Assembly (NCBI GenBank): GCA_963741815.1 | Contig: CAVUJI010000001.1 | Coordinates: 502,265 to 566,264 of the forward strand | From: an uncultured beta proteobacterium | Lineage (GTDB): Bacteria > Pseudomonadota > Gammaproteobacteria > Burkholderiales > Usitatibacteraceae | Length of the DNA: 64,000 nt | Direction of reading: 5' to 3' | Notes under the pieces: generated by a model | What the model saw: only the letters and a program-made list of their open reading frames with translations | Databases searched by the model: none | Told to the model about the DNA's origin: nothing | Position numbers and translations under genes: made by a program | Part shown: positions 58,884 through 64,000 of the stretch, piece by piece | Layout: every line of letters begins with the position of its first letter | Position numbering within the stretch: the stretch's first letter is position 1

Positions 58884-59251
58884 GTGAAGCAGGCCGATAA
58901 GCGGGATTCTGTTACGGCGCTTTGGAAGAACCCCGACGAGTCGGAGCCTGCCGCGCGCTATGACGGTCATTCCTCTGGGCCGTGCGTTGCCGCACGGCTC
59001 GAGCCACCTACCCGCAGACTCGGTGGGCCACGTCGACGTCTGCCTACTTGGTGTTGCTCCGCGTAGAGATTGGCCGTTTCACCCCGGCGGGCGCCAGCGG
59101 CCCGAAGGCCGCCGCAGCCCCGCCGGGCTCGTCTCTGTTCCTCTGATCCTCGCCTCGCGGCGGACGGGCGTTACCCGCTACGCTGCCCTGTGGAGTCCCG
59201 ACTTTCCTCCGTGCGACCGAAGTGGCACGGCGACCGCCTGGCCTGCTTCAC
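58884..59251 (-). ncRNA. rnpB: RNase P RNA, type A, betaproteobacterial form
   Basis: 5' GAAGCAGGC pairs with 3' GCCTGCTTC; conserved GAGGAAAGTC, ACAGA, GTGAAAC, GGAGCAA, GGGTAGG, CCAGAGGAATGA, ACAGAATCCCGCTTA. Confidence 0.96.
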
Positions 59252-59310
59252 GCGCCATTCTCTCACCTTCCGCGGCGCGCAACGGGCGCGGGGGCCGGAA
59301 ACGCGCCGGA

Positions 59311-60159
59311 TCATGCCTTCGGCGCCGCGGGAACGGCCGTGCCGCCGCCGCGGCCGCGTGCCGGGCGGAGGCCCTTCGTGCGGAAGTACGACGCGTCGTC
59401 GTAGAAGTCCTCGCGCTCGGTCGCGGGATGCCAGCCGGGCACGCCGAGGACGGGCAGCGGCGGCATCGCGCGCGGCGAGGCGAAGCGGGCGCGGTCGGCG
59501 AAGTGCGCGGCCAGCAGGCGGTCGGCGTGCGCCACGCGGGCCGCGACGGGCAGCGCGAAGAATGCCGCATCCACCGGGAGGCACACGGTCTTCGCGACCA
59601 TGCCGATGTAGGGGTCGAGCGCCTGCTCGAAGCACGCGTGGCCGAAGGCGAGGAACGCGACGCGCCCGGCGAGCTCGCCGCGCCGCTCCCAGAAGAGCTC
59701 CTTCCACGCGTACGCCGGGATGAGCGCGGCGAGCGCCGGGTCGGCCGCGGCCACCGCGACGCCGCCCTCGTCGAAGAGCGTGAGCGCGTCGCGCTGCGGG
59801 CTGCGCCGGCGCCGCTCCGCCGCCCCGCCCGCCTCGAGGATCGCGGCGTGCTGCGCGTTGATCGCCGCCTTCGCGCGCGGGTAGGCCATCCAGGCGAGCG
59901 CGTTGAACAGGTCGTGCCAGTTGCGCTCGCGCGTCGGCACTTCCCCCGTGGCCGCGATGCGCAGCTCGTACGGCGTGTCGCCGGCCGCCGCGGGCGGCAC
60001 GAACCGCAACGCCCGCCCGCCCGCGGTGGCGAGGCCGGCGGCCGCCCGGTTCAGCTCCTCGTGGGTCGGCCAGCGCCCGGCGGGCAGGCGCGCGAGCGCC
60101 GGATGCAGCGGCGCGAAGAGGGGTGTCGCGAGGCGCGCGGCCGCCGCGGGCCAGTCCAC
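59311..60159 (-). CDS. DUF3025 family protein
   Basis: YE.RI..TGEVPTR..NWHDLFNAL.W, RDALTLFDEGG, FGHA, PLPVLGVPGW, FYDD..YFR. Confidence 0.85.
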   Translation of the reverse strand: MDWPAAAARLATPLFAPLHPALARLPAGRWPTHEELNRAAAGLATAGGRALRFVPPAAAGDTPYELRIAATGEVPTRERNWHDLFNALAWMAYPRAKAAINAQHAAILEAGGAAERRRRSPQRDALTLFDEGGVAVAAADPALAALIPAYAWKELFWERRGELAGRVAFLAFGHACFEQALDPYIGMVAKTVCLPVDAAFFALPVAARVAHADRLLAAHFADRARFASPRAMPPLPVLGVPGWHPATEREDFYDDASYFRTKGLRPARGRGGGTAVPAAPKA

Positions 60160-60165
60160 CGCGGC

Positions 60166-61203
60166 TCAGTCGGCGAGCCGCCAGCCCACGGAGCCCCCCG
60201 CACGCAGCGGCACCACGCTGTCGGCGCCGAACCGGTACTCGCCCGGCACTTCCCACGCCGACTTCTCGAGCGTGACCGTGCCGGCGTTGCGCGGCAGGCC
60301 GTAGAAATCCGCGCCGTGGGCGGAAGCGAACGCCTCCAGGCGATCGAGCGCGCCGGCGGAGTCGAACGCCTCGGCGTAGAGCGCCAGCGCGGCGTGGGCG
60401 GTGTAGATCCCGGCCGCGCCGCAATCGCACTCCTTCGCGCCCCGCGCGTGCGGCGCGCTGTCGGTGCCGAGGAAGAACTTCGGATTTCCCGAGGTGGCCG
60501 CCGCCAGCAGCGCCAGGCGATGCGGCTCGCGCTTGAGCACCGGCAGGCAGTAGTGGTGGGGCCTCAGCCCGCCGGAGAAGATCGCGTTGCGGTTGAGCAG
60601 CAGGTGGTGCGCGGTGATCGTGGCGCCGAGGGTGTCCGGCGCCCCGAGGACGAACTCCGCCGCCTCGCGCGTGGTGATGTGCTCGACCACCACCTTCAGG
60701 GCCGGGAAGCGCTCGACGAGGGGTGCCAGCACGCGCTCGAGGAACACCGCCTCGCGGTCGAAGACGTCGACCTCGGGGTCGGTCACCTCGCCGTGGACCA
60801 GCAGCGGCATGCCCGCCTCCTCCATCGCGCCGAGCACGGCGTCGCAGCGGCGGATGTCGGTCACGCCCGAGGCGGAGTTCGTCGTGGCGCCGGCCGGGTA
60901 GTACTTCACGGCGTGCACGAATCCGGCGTCGCGGGCGCGGGCGATCTGCGCCGGCTCGGTCTCGTCGGTGAGGTAGAGCGTCATGAGCGGCTCGAACCCC
61001 GCGCCCGGCCCGAGCGCGGCGAGGATGCGCTCGCGGTAGGCGCGCGCCTGCTCCACGCGCACCACCGCGGGCCGCAGGTTCGGCATCACGATCGCCCGCG
61101 CGAACTCGCGCGCCGTCGCCGCAGCCGCGACCCGCATCGCCGGCCCGTCCCTCAGGTGCACGTGGAAATCGTCGGGGCGGCGCAGGGTGAGGGTCTGGGG
61201 CAT
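60166..61203 (-). CDS. pyrC: Dihydroorotase
   Basis: RPDDFHVHLRDG, IVMPNL, KYYPAGATTNS, EHITT, HYCLPVLKR, FLGTDSAPH. Confidence 0.98.
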   Translation of the reverse strand: MPQTLTLRRPDDFHVHLRDGPAMRVAAAATAREFARAIVMPNLRPAVVRVEQARAYRERILAALGPGAGFEPLMTLYLTDETEPAQIARARDAGFVHAVKYYPAGATTNSASGVTDIRRCDAVLGAMEEAGMPLLVHGEVTDPEVDVFDREAVFLERVLAPLVERFPALKVVVEHITTREAAEFVLGAPDTLGATITAHHLLLNRNAIFSGGLRPHHYCLPVLKREPHRLALLAAATSGNPKFFLGTDSAPHARGAKECDCGAAGIYTAHAALALYAEAFDSAGALDRLEAFASAHGADFYGLPRNAGTVTLEKSAWEVPGEYRFGADSVVPLRAGGSVGWRLAD

Positions 61204-61259
61204 CGATCGATTATAGAGGTGGGGGCGCCTTCGCCCGCCGGGCTGCGGCGCATCGGCGC

Positions 61260-62117
61260 TCAACGGCGCCCCCCGGCCGAGTCCGCGTCGCGGGCCTTGC
61301 GCGCGAGGGCGCGCTCGTAGAGCGCGTTGCGCCGCTCCCCGGTGATGCGCGCGGCGAGCGCGACCGCCTGCTTGAGCGGCAGCTCGGCGAGCAGCGCGTC
61401 GAGCACCGCGTCGGGATCGGCCGCCTGGCGCGCCGCGACCGGCCGGGCCTCGACCACGAGCACGAACTCGCCGCGCATGCGGTCGGGGTCGGCCTCGACC
61501 CACGCGCGGGCGCTGTCCAGCGGCAGCCGCACGATCGACTCGAAGCGCTTGGTGAGCTCGCGCGCGACCACGACGTCGCGCTCGCCGAGCGCGGCGTGCA
61601 GGTCCGAGAGCGTGGCCGCGATGCGGTGCGGCGCCTCGAACAGCGCGATCGCCCAGGGCCCCGCGGCGAGCGCGGCCAGCCGCTCGCGCCGCTCGCCGCC
61701 GCGGGCGGGCAGGAAACCGGCGAAGACCACGCCGTCGAAGGCGAGGCCGCTGGCCGACAGCGCCGCGGTGAGCGCGCTCGCGCCCGGCACGGGGAAGACG
61801 CGCTGCCCCGCGGCGCGCACGCACGCGACCACCGCCGCGCCCGGGTCGCTCACGCCGGGGGTGCCCGCGTCGCTCACGAGCGCGACCGCCTTGCCCTCGC
61901 CGATGGCGCGCACGATCGCCTCGGCCGCGCGCGCCTCGTTGTGCGCGTGCACGGCCACGAGGCGCGCGGAGATGCCGAAGTGGGTGAGCAGGCCTCGCGT
62001 CACGCGCGTGTCCTCGGCGGCGACGAGATCGGCCGCGGCGAGCGTCTCCAGCGCCCGACGCGTGGCGTCGCCGAGGTTCCCTATGGGCGTCGCCACCACA
62101 TATAATCCCGGTTCCAA
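61260..62117 (-). CDS. rsmI: 16S rRNA Cm1402 methyltransferase
   Basis: [48 protein letters not shown]. Confidence 0.96.
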   Translation of the reverse strand: MEPGLYVVATPIGNLGDATRRALETLAAADLVAAEDTRVTRGLLTHFGISARLVAVHAHNEARAAEAIVRAIGEGKAVALVSDAGTPGVSDPGAAVVACVRAAGQRVFPVPGASALTAALSASGLAFDGVVFAGFLPARGGERRERLAALAAGPWAIALFEAPHRIAATLSDLHAALGERDVVVARELTKRFESIVRLPLDSARAWVEADPDRMRGEFVLVVEARPVAARQAADPDAVLDALLAELPLKQAVALAARITGERRNALYERALARKARDADSAGGRR

Positions 62118-62175
62118 TGCCGCGCCGCGGCGAGCGCCTGCCGCCGGCGTATCGGAGCCCTCGCCGCCCTTCCCC

Positions 62176-63393
62176 ATGTCGCGCCTCAACGCGATCCTCC
62201 TTCTCGCATCCGCCCTCCTGCTGTCGCCGGCATTCTCGGCCGATGCGCAGACCGGCACAACCACGCGCGTGCGGATCGTGCCGGAGGCGCCGAAGTACCG
62301 CGCCGAGGAGATCGATCCGGAAACGGGCCTGGCGCGCAGCACCGTCGTGCGCCCGCTCTACGAGGTCGCCCCCCCGCCGGACGCGCACGCGGTCGGCCGC
62401 CAGGTGATCCCCATCGCCCCCGGCCACATCGCCGTGATCCTGCCCACTGCCTCGCCCACGCTCGGGGCGCTCGCCGAGGCGGTGCGCCAGGGCATGGCCG
62501 CCGCGCTCAAGGTCGCGGAGAAGGGCGCCCCGGCGGTGCGCGTGCTCGCCGTGGACAACGAGGGCCCGGCGCTCCTCGACGCCTGCCGGCAGGCGCAGAT
62601 GGGCGGGGCGATCCTGGTGGTGGGCGGCCTCACGCGCGACGGCGCCACGGCGCTCGCCGGCAGCGACTGCGCGCGCCAGCCCACGCTCGAGCTGAACGAG
62701 CCGGCGCGCGGCGCGCCCCTCGACTATTCCCCGAGCCTGTTCGCCGTGTCGCTGTCGGTCGAGCAGGAGGCGCGGCAGGTGGCGCGGATGGCCGTGGGCG
62801 ACGGCTTCCACCGCGCGGTGGTGATCGGCGGCACCTCGCCGCTCGCCCGGCGCGCCCAGGACGCGTTCGAGCGCGAGTGGTCGCGCGCGGCCGGCGAGGT
62901 GCGCGAGGTCGCGTACGCGGGCGGCCCCGAGCAGGGCACGCAGCTGCAGGAGCTGCTCGCCGACTCGGACTCGGACGTGGTCTTCCTCGCCCTCGAGGCC
63001 GCCGACGCCCGCGCCGCGCGCCCCTACATCCCCGCCACGCTGCCCGTCTACGCCACCTCGCTCAGCGTGAACCCGCGCGCCGAGGCGATCGTCAACCTGG
63101 ACCTGCAGGGGCTGCGTTATGTGGAGATGCCCTGGTTCGTCCTGCCCGACCACCCCGCGGTGATGGTCTACCCGCAGCCCGCCGGCCCCATGTCCGTGGA
63201 GCAGGAGAAGCTCTACGCCTTCGGCATCGACGCGCTGCGCCTCGCCCTGCACCTGCTGCACGGCGACGCCCGCCGCACGCCGCTGGACGGCGTGACCGGG
63301 CGCATCACGCTCGAGCCCGGCAACTTCTTCGCGCGCACCCTCACGCCCGCCGAGATCGACGGCGGGCGCGTGATCCCGCTGCGCCCCGAATGA
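62176..63393 (+). CDS. LppC/LpoA C-terminal-like penicillin-binding protein activator
   Basis: [54 protein letters not shown]; divergent from rsmI, upstream of yraN. Confidence 0.82.
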   Translation: MSRLNAILLLASALLLSPAFSADAQTGTTTRVRIVPEAPKYRAEEIDPETGLARSTVVRPLYEVAPPPDAHAVGRQVIPIAPGHIAVILPTASPTLGALAEAVRQGMAAALKVAEKGAPAVRVLAVDNEGPALLDACRQAQMGGAILVVGGLTRDGATALAGSDCARQPTLELNEPARGAPLDYSPSLFAVSLSVEQEARQVARMAVGDGFHRAVVIGGTSPLARRAQDAFEREWSRAAGEVREVAYAGGPEQGTQLQELLADSDSDVVFLALEAADARAARPYIPATLPVYATSLSVNPRAEAIVNLDLQGLRYVEMPWFVLPDHPAVMVYPQPAGPMSVEQEKLYAFGIDALRLALHLLHGDARRTPLDGVTGRITLEPGNFFARTLTPAEIDGGRVIPLRPE

Positions 63394-63758
63394 CCGCGCC
63401 CACCGCGCGGCGCACGAGCGCCCGGCGCGCGGGCGCCGAGGCCGAGGAGCGCGCCGCGCGCTTCCTCGAGCGCCGCGGCCTCGAGATCGTCGCGCGCAAC
63501 TACCGCACCCGCCTGGGCGAGATCGACCTCGTCGCCCGCGACGGCGCCACGCTCGTCTTCGTCGAGGTGCGCATGCGCTCGTGCTCGCGCTACGGCGGGG
63601 CCGCCGCGAGCGTCGGCTGGCGCAAGCGCGCGCGCATCGAGGCCGCGGCCCGCCAGTTCCTCTCCCGCCTCGCGCGCGTGCCGCCGTGCCGCTTCGACGT
63701 GGTCGCCGTCGAGGGCGACGCGCCCGAGTGGCTGCGCGGCGCTTTCGAAACCGCTTAA
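63390..63758 (+). CDS. yraN: YraN family protein
   Basis: G..AE..A..FL, RNYR...GEIDLV, LVFVEVR.R, CRFDVVA. Confidence 0.93.
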   Translation: MTAPTARRTSARRAGAEAEERAARFLERRGLEIVARNYRTRLGEIDLVARDGATLVFVEVRMRSCSRYGGAAASVGWRKRARIEAAARQFLSRLARVPPCRFDVVAVEGDAPEWLRGAFETA

Positions 63759-63769
63759 ACTGGCCGCGC

Positions 63770-64000
63770 ATGGATCTGGCCGCCCACCTGAAGGCCCACT
63801 TCGACGAAGGCATCGAGCTGCGGCGGCGCATGGCCGAGACGCTGCCCGCGGCGCTCGCGCGCGCGGGCGAGGCGCTCGCCGCGGCGCTGCGCGACGGGCG
63901 CAAGGCGCTCGCCTGCGGCAACGGCGGCTCGGCGGCCGACAGCCAGCACTTCGCCGCGGAGATCGTCGGGCGCTTCGAGCGCGAGCGCCCGGGCATGCCC
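63770..64000 (+). CDS. gmhA: Phosphoheptose isomerase / DiaA family SIS protein (3' end outside window)
   Basis: Translated by eye: [41 protein letters not shown]. Confidence 0.88.
   Translation, partial: MDLAAHLKAHFDEGIELRRRMAETLPAALARAGEALAAALRDGRKALACGNGGSAADSQHFAAEIVGRFERERPGMP

Overview
High-GC betaproteobacterial chromosomal window (inferred from gene order, protein signatures and an RNase P RNA lacking P13/P14), mostly housekeeping: rpoD-dnaG-yqeY-rpsU/tsaD, moeB-ctpA-envC-gpmA, rhodanese-grxC-secB-gpsA, trmL-comF/bioBFCD, argJ, secA, the dcw cluster (mraZ to lpxC), rnpB, pyrC, rsmI, lppC-yraN-gmhA. Many essential genes carry indels (worst at about 43-51 kb), which look like long-read consensus errors. 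The best candidate for an undescribed system is a six-gene island between gpsA and trmL (16.0-21.5 kb) resembling a divergent chaperone-usher pilus: one major and two duplicated minor pilin-like subunits, an unknown exported protein, a chaperone-like protein, and a convergent beta-barrel protein with a FimV-type LysM domain. It has a near-consensus CRP-family box upstream, and a perfect CRP box precedes a second unknown exported protein near rnpB. A second insert, between argJ and secA, encodes glyA-sgaA with a divergent CbbR/QscR-type LysR regulator. All calls come from reading the sequence; no database search was run.
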